From Candidatus Multivorans sp. (GTDB lineage Bacteria; Acidobacteriota; Thermoanaerobaculia; Multivoradales; Multivoraceae), in the NCBI GenBank assembly GCA_965247095.1, contig OZ251997.1:3392001-3456000 (forward strand): DNA of 64,000 nucleotides, written 5' to 3'. Positions 40,778 to 49,471 of the stretch are shown in pieces; the first letter of the stretch is position 1; each line of letters begins with the position of its first letter. A program made the translations under genes and the position numbers. The notes under the pieces were generated by a model, which saw only the letters and a program-made list of their open reading frames with translations, ran no database searches and had not been told where the DNA came from.

Positions 40778-41275
40778 TCAGTCTGAAGTCTCCGGCCGAT
40801 TCAGGGCGGTGATGTCCTTCTCGTCGGGCGGGCTAGCGATGTCCAGGATGGTGCAGACGGCCAGCTGCAGGTCGGTGCTTGTGTGTCGAAGGTCGGCCAG
40901 ATGAGAATCGTCGAAGTACCGCCATGCCTCAAAGTCATGCCGGTGGAGCTCCAGAACCTCCGGAAACGCCTTGTCGGCATCGTTTGCCGGGTGCCGTTGC
41001 ATGAGTTGAGACTTGCTCTCGGCTGGCAGGGCGCGGTAGAGGGTCGCCAGATCGTGGGTTCTTCGGTGGCCACCTGTCTCCCGCACAAGAAGCGCCTTCA
41101 GGCCATACTCGGCCGCGAGAGCGGTCAGGATGAACGATGCCCACATCCGTCCGAGCCTCTCGGCTTTGTTGGTCGACGTGCCCGTTCGGGCGAGCCGGTA
41201 GAGGGTGAACGATGCGTGCTGCATCGCTATCGCTTGCCCGAACCGCAGCCGAAAAGGTGGCTTCTCCGCTTCCAT
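40778..41275 (-). CDS. HEPN-like domain protein
   Basis: ALAAEYGLKALL, RTHDLATLY, EAWRY pattern. Confidence 0.6.
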   Translation of the reverse strand: MEAEKPPFRLRFGQAIAMQHASFTLYRLARTGTSTNKAERLGRMWASFILTALAAEYGLKALLVRETGGHRRTHDLATLYRALPAESKSQLMQRHPANDADKAFPEVLELHRHDFEAWRYFDDSHLADLRHTSTDLQLAVCTILDIASPPDEKDITALNRPETSD

Positions 41276-41308
41276 CGGCAGAAGATCAGCAAGCGTCTGG
41301 TGGCGGTA

Positions 41309-42187
41309 TCATGGCCCCGCTAGACCGCTTGCCAAGTCGCTGAACTCGCTAAAGTCGTCCGACCCATCGGACTGAATCGCATATCGGAATCGAAGCTCGT
41401 CCCTGTCCTCCTGACGACTATCATCCTTGATGCCGAGCACATGAAGCGCGGCGTAGAAGCCGTGGATGTTACGCAGCACGACGATCTGTCCGAGACGAGG
41501 AGTCCGGGTGCGCGAAGTGTAGTCCAAGGATGAGGCGTCCGTTACCTGCGAGATCGCCGTGCATTCTCGGGCCAGTGCCACGCCGTTGATGGACTTCGGG
41601 TCGTTGTACACATGAATACTGGTGTCGCTGGCTTTCGTCCACCTCGTTTCGAATTCAAACACTCCAGAGCCGATGACGTAATGGCCGTTGAAGCCGCTGT
41701 AGTCGAACACGACCTCGCCAGTCGACGATGTCATTCTCGGGGGTGGCACTTGGGACGCCTTGCCGGCGAAGGGCTGAACGCCCAGCTTATTGGCGATCAT
41801 CGTCGCGAGTTGCGCAGGGGTGTGCTTCCGGGCGCACTCGTAGATGATGTCCGTGGGCAGACCGAGCGCTCGTGCGTCATCGAATCGCACCGGGAGGATG
41901 TATTCCTCTTTTTCCTCGATCATCCGGCTAAGGGCCGACCGCCTTTCATGCCTGGGCCAAGCCTTGGACACATAGGCTTCGGAGATGAACATCACGACGT
42001 AGGCGCTCTCTTCGGCGAATGCCTCATGGAATGCCTCCGAGCCGCTGCGGCCCCAAAGGTCGATCTTTTCGAAACCGTCGTAGAAGACGTCGATGGATCG
42101 ACCATGGAGATGCTGGGCGACCTGCTCCACGTAGTCACGCTGTTCCCCGGCAAAAGACAGTGCTACTTGATACTTCGGGCTGTTCAT
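41309..42187 (-). CDS. TIR-domain protein with an unrecognised C-terminal domain
   Basis: YQVALSFAGEQR, VFYD, VMFISEAYVSKAWPRHE, ILPVRFDD. Confidence 0.85.
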   Translation of the reverse strand: MNSPKYQVALSFAGEQRDYVEQVAQHLHGRSIDVFYDGFEKIDLWGRSGSEAFHEAFAEESAYVVMFISEAYVSKAWPRHERRSALSRMIEEKEEYILPVRFDDARALGLPTDIIYECARKHTPAQLATMIANKLGVQPFAGKASQVPPPRMTSSTGEVVFDYSGFNGHYVIGSGVFEFETRWTKASDTSIHVYNDPKSINGVALARECTAISQVTDASSLDYTSRTRTPRLGQIVVLRNIHGFYAALHVLGIKDDSRQEDRDELRFRYAIQSDGSDDFSEFSDLASGLAGP

Positions 42188-42334
42188 GGGACTCCCTATC
42201 CACGCCGTGGTAGCTCTCGAATGTACGCCTTCGCAACGAGGCTTGTATCGCGGTGTTCAGAGTAAGCGACAATTGAACCTACGCCTAGGCGAGCTCGATT
42301 CGACGGACGTCGGCTCCGTGCTTGAACTCTATTC

Positions 42335-43237
42335 CTACAACCTCCCCGTAGCCCGCGCCCGCTCCAGCACCGGCTGATAGATCCGCAACGTCGCCGCATC
42401 CACCAACTGCCCCCCCTTGCCGCCGGCCCCGGCCCCCTTCGCCACCGACTCGTTGTACAGGTCGACCATCTTCTGCGCCTGCTTGATCTCCCTGGGCGAC
42501 GGCGCGAAGACGTCGTTGGCGAGCGGGATCTGGTTGGGGTGGATGCACCACTTGCCGACGGCGCCGAGGGTGGCGGCCCACGTGGCCTGCTTCATGTAGG
42601 CGCCGTCGTTCCGGAAGTCGCCGAAGGGGCCGTCGATGGCGTCGATGCCGGCGGCGCGGCAGGCGGCGATCATGCGGACGCGGTGGGCGGACCACATGTC
42701 GCCGGGGTAGCGGAAGTCCTTGTCGAGCTCGTGGCCGAAGCGCATGCCCATGCTGCCGGAGAGGTCGCCGAAGCCGAGGATGAGCGCCTCGAGGCGGGGC
42801 GAGGAGGTGGCGATCGCTTCGACTTTGGCGAGGCCCTCGGCCTCCTCGATCAGGGCCTCCAGGCCGATCTTGCGGGTGAGCCCGAGCTTCTGCTCCAGGC
42901 CGTCGAGCATGGTCTCGAAGAACCAGATGTCGCGCGGCTGCTTGACCTTGGGCAGGATGATGATGTCGAGGTTCTGGCCGGCGCCTTCGACGACGCTGAT
43001 CACGTCGTCGACGGCCCAGCGGGTGGTGTGGTCGTCGACGCGCACGGAGCGCACCTTGTTGCCCCAGTCGAGATCGTTCAGGCCGTCGATGGCGATCTGG
43101 CGCGCGCCCTCCTTCTTCTCGGGGGAGACGGCGTCCTCCAGGTCGAGGAAGACGAGGTCGGCGTCGCTTCCGGCCGACTTCTCGACCATCCTGGGGTTGC
43201 TGGCCGGCACCGCCAGCTCGGAACGTCTCAGTCGCAT
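42335..43237 (-). CDS. CoA ester lyase (CitE/malyl-CoA lyase family)
   Basis: RRSELAVPASN, VFLDLEDAV, ILPKV, GFGDLS, GKWCIHPNQI. Confidence 0.9.
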   Translation of the reverse strand: MRLRRSELAVPASNPRMVEKSAGSDADLVFLDLEDAVSPEKKEGARQIAIDGLNDLDWGNKVRSVRVDDHTTRWAVDDVISVVEGAGQNLDIIILPKVKQPRDIWFFETMLDGLEQKLGLTRKIGLEALIEEAEGLAKVEAIATSSPRLEALILGFGDLSGSMGMRFGHELDKDFRYPGDMWSAHRVRMIAACRAAGIDAIDGPFGDFRNDGAYMKQATWAATLGAVGKWCIHPNQIPLANDVFAPSPREIKQAQKMVDLYNESVAKGAGAGGKGGQLVDAATLRIYQPVLERARATGRL

Positions 43238-43242
43238 CGGGG

Positions 43243-44517
43243 CTACTCCTTGGATTGCTTTTCTGGCGGACGCCTTGCGCCGGATGCGGGCAGGATGCCC
43301 GCGTTCCCAGGGGAGATTCCGAACTGGGCGAGGATCTCTTCGCGGTGCTCGTCGAGCAGGGGCGCCCTGCTCCGCACCCCGGTCTTCGTTTCGGTGTACT
43401 TGATCGGGCTGCCGACGATCCTGACCGGTTCGTTGTCGCCCGGCAGCTCGACTTCGGCGACCATCTCGCGGACCGCGGTGTGGGGGCTCTCGAAGATGTC
43501 GGCCGCAGTCTGCACCGGGCCGCAGGGGACCCGGCCGGCGAGCGCCTCGACGACCTGGTCGCGGGTCTGCGAGCCGGTCCACTCCGAGACGACGCCTTCC
43601 ACGAACTCCCGGTGCTTGCGGCGGGCCGCGAAGTCCTTCGTGCGCTCGTCGTCGGCGAGTTCCGGCCGCCCCATCTCGTGGCAGAGGATCTCCCACTGCG
43701 CCGGCAGCGGCGCTGCGATCGCCACGCCGCCGTCCTTCGCGTCGAAGATGCCGAACGGGCACAGGCTGTGGTGGTGCTTGCCGCGCGGCCCGAGCTGGTT
43801 GCTCTTCGCGGCGCCGTAGTTCGCGAACACGGACTCGCACAGCAGGTTGACGCCGTCGACCATCGCGACGTCCATGAACTGGCCCTTGCCGGTGCGCCGC
43901 GCGTGATGGACCCCGGCGACGACGCCGAGCGCCATGAGTGCTCCGGGAAACAAATCGCCGACGGAGGCACCGCCGGGATAGCCGCTGGCGCCGTCGGGGC
44001 CGTTGATGTGGGCGAAGCCGCCCATCGCCTGGGCCACGATGTCGAAGGCGGGCCAGGCGGCGTACGGGCTCTCGCCGGTCCTGGGATCGCCGAAGCCGCG
44101 GAGCGCCGCGTAGACGATCCTGGGGTTGCGCTCGCGGACGACCTCGTAGCCGACGCCGAGCCGGTCCATCACGCCGGCGCGCATGTTCTCGAGCACCGCG
44201 TCGGCCTGCTCGCACAGGCTGAGGAAGGTTTCGCGGTCGGCTTCGTCCTTGAGGTCGAGCGCGATGCTGCGCTTGTTGCGGTTGATGCTGCCGAAGTAGC
44301 CGCCGAAGTCGCAGCCTCCGTCGACGCCCGCCTTGCCTTCCGCCGGGTGGATGAAGTCCGTAGGCGTCGGAGGCGAGGGCCGCGACATGTCGCCGGTCGG
44401 CGGCTCCACCTTGATCACGTCGGCGCCGAGGTCGGCGAGGATGGCCGAGCCGAACGGCCCGGCGAGCGCCATCGTGCAGTCGACGATGACGAGGTCGCTG
44501 AGGGGGCCTGCGCTCAT
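43243..44517 (-). CDS. Class III CoA transferase (CaiB/BaiF)
   Basis: ALAGPF, LGADVIKVEP, NRNKRSIALDLK, ENMRAG, AFDIVAQAMGG. Confidence 0.92.
   Translation of the reverse strand: MSAGPLSDLVIVDCTMALAGPFGSAILADLGADVIKVEPPTGDMSRPSPPTPTDFIHPAEGKAGVDGGCDFGGYFGSINRNKRSIALDLKDEADRETFLSLCEQADAVLENMRAGVMDRLGVGYEVVRERNPRIVYAALRGFGDPRTGESPYAAWPAFDIVAQAMGGFAHINGPDGASGYPGGASVGDLFPGALMALGVVAGVHHARRTGKGQFMDVAMVDGVNLLCESVFANYGAAKSNQLGPRGKHHHSLCPFGIFDAKDGGVAIAAPLPAQWEILCHEMGRPELADDERTKDFAARRKHREFVEGVVSEWTGSQTRDQVVEALAGRVPCGPVQTAADIFESPHTAVREMVAEVELPGDNEPVRIVGSPIKYTETKTGVRSRAPLLDEHREEILAQFGISPGNAGILPASGARRPPEKQSKE
43266..43311 (-). repeat. REP-like hairpin repeat translated as the CoA-transferase C-terminus
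   Basis: CCTGGGAACGCGGGCATCCTGCCCGCATCCGGCGCAAGGCG read as PGNAGILPASGAR. Confidence 0.85.
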
Positions 44518-44534
44518 GGGGTGACGCCTGCAGG

Positions 44535-44650
44535 CAGACCGGCGCGTCGCGCCGGATGCGGGCAAGATGCCCGCGTGCCATCCGTGCGCCCGATGACGGG
44601 CGCACGGAGTGGGTCGCGTGTGGCGCGAACGCGCCACACGGGTTCCCAGG
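44535..44650 (-). repeat. Full-length four-hairpin repeat element
   Basis: Colinear with 15818..15935, with a compensatory change in stem 1. Confidence 0.9.
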
Positions 44651-44659
44651 GGCCTCTGT

Positions 44660-45136
44660 TCACTGGGCTCCCCAGTGCGAGCGGCGCTTGATCAGCACCT
44701 CGCGCTCGCCTTCGAAGACGATCGTGCCGTCCTGCTTGGTGCCCCAGTGCTTGAAGCGGACGATGCCGGCGTCGTCCCGGTCGGCGTCCCGGGTCTCGAG
44801 CACCTCGGTGTAGGCGGTCAGCGAGTCGCCGAGAAAGACGGGCGCGCGAAAGCGCATCCTGTCGAGGCTGAGTTCGGCGAGCGCGTTCTCGGCCGTGTCC
44901 TGGGTGGCCAGACCGATCACGGTCGAGCCGGTGACGAGGCCGAACACGAGTCGCCGTCCGAAGGGCGAGTCCTTCATCTTGTGCTCGTCGAAGTGACCGT
45001 CGGCAGTGTTCATCACCAGCTTGGTGAGGAGCTGGCTCTCGACCTCTTCGATCGTCGTGCCGCGGGCATGGCGCATCTTCTGGCCGGCGGCGAAGTCCTC
45101 GAAGTAGGTGGAGGAGGAGGTGAGCGCTGCGGTCAC
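44660..45136 (-). CDS. MaoC-family dehydratase
   Basis: YFEDF..GQKMRHARGTTI, MNTADGHFD, APVFLGDSL. Confidence 0.88.
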   Translation of the reverse strand: MTAALTSSSTYFEDFAAGQKMRHARGTTIEEVESQLLTKLVMNTADGHFDEHKMKDSPFGRRLVFGLVTGSTVIGLATQDTAENALAELSLDRMRFRAPVFLGDSLTAYTEVLETRDADRDDAGIVRFKHWGTKQDGTIVFEGEREVLIKRRSHWGAQ

Positions 45137-45164
45137 GGCGCTGCCTCCTGCCCAGCCGCGGCGG

Positions 45165-45203
45165 CGCGGTTCCCAGAGCGGGCAGGATGCCCGCGTTCCC
45201 AGG
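45165..45203 (-). repeat. REP-like hairpin repeat between the MaoC genes
   Basis: CCTGGGAACGCGGGCATCCTGCCCGC-TCTGGGAAC. Confidence 0.8.
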
Positions 45204-45221
45204 GCGGAAAGCTGTGGGCCG

Positions 45222-45716
45222 TCATGACGCCGCCTGCCGCCGCTTGGCGACCAGGTTGGTGCGCTGGTAGCTCAGCACGACCTCTCCGTTCTGGTTGCGG
45301 GCCTCCGTCTCCCAGGTGACGATGCCGAAGTGGGGTCTGGAGCCGGACTCGCGGCGACTCACCACGCGGCTCCGGCCGGTGATCGTGTCGCCGGGGTAGA
45401 CCGGCCGGTGGAACTTCACGTCGTTCACGCCGAGGAACGGTCCGCCGCCCTCGGAGAGGTCCTCGACGGACATGCCGACCACGGTGCAAAGCACGAGCAG
45501 CGGGTCGATGACGACGGAGTCGTGGCCGTGGGCTCGTGCGTACTCGGCGTTGAAGTAGAGCGGCGTGAACCGCATCGTGGCGGTGGCGAAGAGCGCGTTG
45601 TCCGCCTCGCTCAGGGTGCGGCCCCAGTGATGCTCGAAGACCCGGCCCTCTTCGAAGTCCTGGTAGCGGTTGCCCTTCTTCTGGAGCGGGAAGGTGGAGA
45701 AGTCTGGATCGGGCAT
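45222..45716 (-). CDS. MaoC-family dehydratase
   Basis: YQDFEEGRVFEHHWGRTLSEADN, RPVYPGDTI, NQNGEVV. Confidence 0.88.
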   Translation of the reverse strand: MPDPDFSTFPLQKKGNRYQDFEEGRVFEHHWGRTLSEADNALFATATMRFTPLYFNAEYARAHGHDSVVIDPLLVLCTVVGMSVEDLSEGGGPFLGVNDVKFHRPVYPGDTITGRSRVVSRRESGSRPHFGIVTWETEARNQNGEVVLSYQRTNLVAKRRQAAS

Positions 45717-45791
45717 TGCGGCAGTGGTTCTACCACGCGTTCTGCGCCTGGATCCTGACGATGGCGGGCTTCGCCAGTGGCTACGACGACG

Positions 45792-46256
45792 TTAGCGCAA
45801 CGGAGGGAAGTTGATCGTTACGAACTGGAACACAGCTACAGGCTCTCCGTGAAGCGTCGCGGGCCGGTACTTGCGGCGCTTGAGGGCCCTCACCACCGCC
45901 GTTGCGAGTCCGTAACCGGGATCCTGGAGAACGACCGGGTCTTCCACCCTTCCGCGCTCGTTGACGATGTAACCGACCACCACAGCACCATAGACACCTG
46001 CCGCCCACGCCTCCCTGGTGCGCCTCGGCTCATAGGAGTAGGGGTTCTTTCGCACAGGCGGTTCCAGTCCGTCCACCGGCTTGCCGCCCACCGTCAACGT
46101 GTAGATCTCCCTATCCCCCGCCGCTTGGCGTGTTGCCTCACGATAGGTGCCGGAGACGAGTCGGATGGCGAAGACGTAGTGATCGGCGCTGTTGGCGTGT
46201 GGCTGATTGACGTAGCGTTGCGCCGATGAAACGGCCACGTCGTGCAGTCCCTCCAC
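45792..46256 (-). CDS. TonB C-terminal domain protein, probably a 5'-truncated remnant
   Basis: REAWAAGVYGAVVVGYIVNERGRV...YRPATLHGEPV; no membrane anchor or clear start. Confidence 0.5.
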   Translation of the reverse strand: MEGLHDVAVSSAQRYVNQPHANSADHYVFAIRLVSGTYREATRQAAGDREIYTLTVGGKPVDGLEPPVRKNPYSYEPRRTREAWAAGVYGAVVVGYIVNERGRVEDPVVLQDPGYGLATAVVRALKRRKYRPATLHGEPVAVFQFVTINFPPLR

Positions 46257-46758
46257 CTCTGCCGTTCCGGCGTGGACAACCCAGAAGCGGCGCGGCAGTT
46301 CCAGGTCGGGATGGAGCCTCTTGAGTCGGCGCCAGGGGGGCGCTCAGCCTCCACCGAGGCGTCTATCTCTACGTGGGGAGCGCACGCGGTCCAGGCGGCC
46401 TGGCGGCGAGATTGCGGCGCCACGCCCGCCCGGTCGATCGGCTCCACTGGCACGTCGACTACATCCGCCGCCAGGCCGAGCCCTTGCTCGCATTCGTTTG
46501 CTCAGGCTCGCATCGGCACGAATGCGAGTGGGCCGGTGTGCTGGAGTCCCGGTCGCGACGGCGTCGAAGCGCACCTCCGTCAGTCGGACGGATGCGACGT
46601 GCGGGCGAGCGCGTCGCCATCCTTGAAACGGAAACCGTGCCCTGATCTCGCTCTCCCTCAAGCAGTTGCAGAGGGCCGGCCGCGCGTGGGGCGTGAGGAT
46701 TCTGGGGACGGGGTTGTGGGGTGGAAGCCGAAAAGTTTCGGCGCAAGGACAATTGGTC

Positions 46759-46787
46759 TTGACGACAGCCCTCCGTGCGGTCATTCT
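46759..46787 (+). promoter_or_regulatory. Sigma70-like promoter TTGACG-N17-CATTCT
   Basis: Upstream of GGAGG and ATG 46823. Confidence 0.35.
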
Positions 46788-46822
46788 CGGAACGCTGAAC
46801 TCGATTCACACGGAGGACTGAA

Positions 46823-47977
46823 ATGCGCTCGACTATTCTCGCTGCCCTGCTCGTGGTGCTCGCGGCTCCGGCCGGGCTCCAGGCCCAGGCCATGGAATCG
46901 GCCGAACCCTTCAAAGTCGGCACCTTCCAGATCGACGGGGAGGCCGTCGTGGGGCTCGTGCTGCGGGATTCGCTGATCGTCGACATCGGCGCGGCGAACA
47001 CCGAGCTGGAGCTGGATTCAATCTACCCCCGCCTCGCCATGCCGGCCGACATGCTCGAGTTGATCGGCCAGTACGAGTACGGCCTCAAGTACCGGCTCTA
47101 CGAGATCGTCAACGACCTCGTCGCCGGGAACCGGCTGTCGGGGGGCACGCGCGCCGCCTACGTCCACGACGTCGACGACGTCAGGATCCTTGCGCCGATC
47201 CTGTATCCGAGCAAGCTGATGAACGCGGCGGTCAACTTCTACACACACGCGTGCGAGGGCTGCACCGAGGAGGAGCTGAAGGCGCGGACCAGGGAGCGGC
47301 AGGAGAACCGGGGCGTGCCCTACCTGTTCTTGAAGCCCACCCGCGGCGCGATCATCGGCAGCGGCGAGAACATCGTGATGCCCTACGGCCGTGACCGGAT
47401 CGAATGGGAAGTCGAAATGGCCATCGTCTTCGGCCGCACGGGCAAGTACATCTCCGCGAGCCGTGCATACGACCACGTGTTCGGCTACATGGTCGCCATG
47501 GACGTATCCGATCGTGGCGGGCGTCCTCCGGGTGGCTTCGGCTCCGGCCGCCTGGACTGGTTCGTCGGTAAGGGCCATGACACGTTCGCGCCCCATGGGC
47601 CCTGGATCGTTCCGAAGGAGTTCTACGGCGACCCGATGGAGCGCTTGCACCAGAGCCTGGTCATCGACGGCGTGACCGTCCAGGAGGCCAGGGCGGGAGA
47701 CATGATCCACAACATCCCGGAGCTGATCGAGTACGCGTCGTCGCTCATTACCGTATTCCCTGGTGACGTTCTGCAAAGCGGGACGTCCGGCGGAACCGGC
47801 GCCGGTCGCGTCGAGCGCGCGACAGGCTCCGGGTACCTGCAGGCGGGCGAGACGATCAGCGCCAGCATCGAGGGGATCGGCACGCTGACCCACACCGTCA
47901 TAGCCGAGGAGAGCGTTCCGGCTGACCTGTCCGGCGCGCAGCTCCCGCCGGTCGAGACCTATCGCCCGCCACGCTGA
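46823..47977 (+). CDS. Fumarylacetoacetate hydrolase family protein with signal peptide
   Basis: PYLFLK, IEWEVEMAIV, DVSDR, GKGHDTFAPHGP, GDVLQSGT. Confidence 0.88.
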   Translation: MRSTILAALLVVLAAPAGLQAQAMESAEPFKVGTFQIDGEAVVGLVLRDSLIVDIGAANTELELDSIYPRLAMPADMLELIGQYEYGLKYRLYEIVNDLVAGNRLSGGTRAAYVHDVDDVRILAPILYPSKLMNAAVNFYTHACEGCTEEELKARTRERQENRGVPYLFLKPTRGAIIGSGENIVMPYGRDRIEWEVEMAIVFGRTGKYISASRAYDHVFGYMVAMDVSDRGGRPPGGFGSGRLDWFVGKGHDTFAPHGPWIVPKEFYGDPMERLHQSLVIDGVTVQEARAGDMIHNIPELIEYASSLITVFPGDVLQSGTSGGTGAGRVERATGSGYLQAGETISASIEGIGTLTHTVIAEESVPADLSGAQLPPVETYRPPR

Positions 47978-48001
47978 CGGGACGGACGTGCATTCGCTGG
48001 T

Positions 48002-49471
48002 CTAGTTACCGGGCGTCTCGCCGCCGCGCGCATCCGGCGCGTCGTACTTCGGCAACCGGGCGATGAGCTCGGCCTTGATGTCCGCCATCTCGGGGTCGTC
48101 AGCCCGATTCATCCACTCGTTGGGATCGGACTCGAGATCGTAGAGCTCTTCGGCGCCATCGGCATAGCGGATGTAGCGGTAGTGATCGTACGTCACCGCG
48201 TGATTGCGATAGCCGTTGGTCGTCAGGACGGATCGATCCCACTCGGCGTCCGGGTCCTTCAGTAACGGCACGAGACTCACGCCCTCGATGTGATCGGGCG
48301 TCTCGAGCCCGGTCAGCTCGGTCAGGGTCGGGTAGATGTCCATCAGTGAAACGGTGGCCGCGGAACGCGTCCCCGCCTCGGTCACGCCAGGCGCGACGAC
48401 GATGATCGGCACACGGGTCGACTCGTTCCAGAGGGTCTGTTTTCGCCAGCGCGACTTCTCGCCGAGATGAAATCCATGGTCGGACCACAAGACGATGATG
48501 GTGTTTTCCGCGCGACCACTTTCCTCGAGTGCGTCGAGCACCTGTCCCAGCATGGCATCGGCGAAGCTGACGCTGGCCAGGTACGCGCGCACGCCTTCCC
48601 GCCAGACACCGGCCTCGAGTACCCACCGATGGAGCTCCATGGACGCCAACTCGCCACCGGAATCCTGTTTCATGTAGTCCGGGATGTCGTCCAGATCGCT
48701 CTCCGGGACGCTCGGCAGCTCGATGTCCTCCAGCGGGTACATGTCGAAGTACTTCTGGGGCAGATACCAGGGAAGATGGGGACGGTAGATGCCCACGGCA
48801 TGAAAGCGCGGGCCCGCGCCCGGAGCAAGGATCTGTTCAACGGACCAGGCGGCTACCTGGCCGTCGCCCATGGCCCGGTCATCGGCGACGACACTGGACC
48901 AGTCGAAGTTCCGGTTGAGGGGCGTTCCGTTGGCCGGTCGGTCGTGGGGCCTGACCTCGTCGGGAATCTGCCGTTCAAGTGAAGGGTAGTAGGCGTCCCA
49001 CGCCGTGGTGTCGTTGTAGCCGAAATAGGCCCAGGCGCTAAAGGTCGAACTGTGAAAAAGCTTACCCGCGCCGACGGTCGTGTAACCGGCATCCTGAAAG
49101 TGTCCCGGGATGGTCCGAATGTCCTGAAACGTCTCCTGAATCCGCCAGTCGGGAAAGTTCTGATAGATGCCCGAGGTCGAGGGCAGCAGGCCGGTCATCA
49201 TGGCCGTTCGCGATGGGTTGCAGAGGACGCTGGGCGAGCGGGCGTTCGTGAATAGCATCCCCCGTTCCGCGAGCCGATCCATGTTCGGCGTCTTGACTTG
49301 GGTATTGCCGCCCAGGGGGCCGACCCAGTCGTTCAGGTCGTCGATCGAAACAAACAGGACGTCGGGGCGCTCGCCTGCGTCTGTTTGTGCGAGAACGGAT
49401 CCCGGCGGCGCGGTCAGTACCGTCGCGAGAACGATTCCGAGGACTCTGATCGCGCGTAATCCAGCATTCAT
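48002..49471 (-). CDS. Sulfatase (iduronate-2-sulfatase-like)
   Basis: IDDLN, CNPSR, GKLFH, SDHGFHLGEK; signal peptide; ATGA overlap with the regulator. Confidence 0.9.
   Translation of the reverse strand: MNAGLRAIRVLGIVLATVLTAPPGSVLAQTDAGERPDVLFVSIDDLNDWVGPLGGNTQVKTPNMDRLAERGMLFTNARSPSVLCNPSRTAMMTGLLPSTSGIYQNFPDWRIQETFQDIRTIPGHFQDAGYTTVGAGKLFHSSTFSAWAYFGYNDTTAWDAYYPSLERQIPDEVRPHDRPANGTPLNRNFDWSSVVADDRAMGDGQVAAWSVEQILAPGAGPRFHAVGIYRPHLPWYLPQKYFDMYPLEDIELPSVPESDLDDIPDYMKQDSGGELASMELHRWVLEAGVWREGVRAYLASVSFADAMLGQVLDALEESGRAENTIIVLWSDHGFHLGEKSRWRKQTLWNESTRVPIIVVAPGVTEAGTRSAATVSLMDIYPTLTELTGLETPDHIEGVSLVPLLKDPDAEWDRSVLTTNGYRNHAVTYDHYRYIRYADGAEELYDLESDPNEWMNRADDPEMADIKAELIARLPKYDAPDARGGETPGN

Noticed and set aside
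42335-44605. 756-aa ORF suggesting a large fusion lyase
   Set aside because: The N-terminal part is an off-frame read-through of the CoA-transferase gene; the lyase starts at ATG 43237 after AAGGAG.
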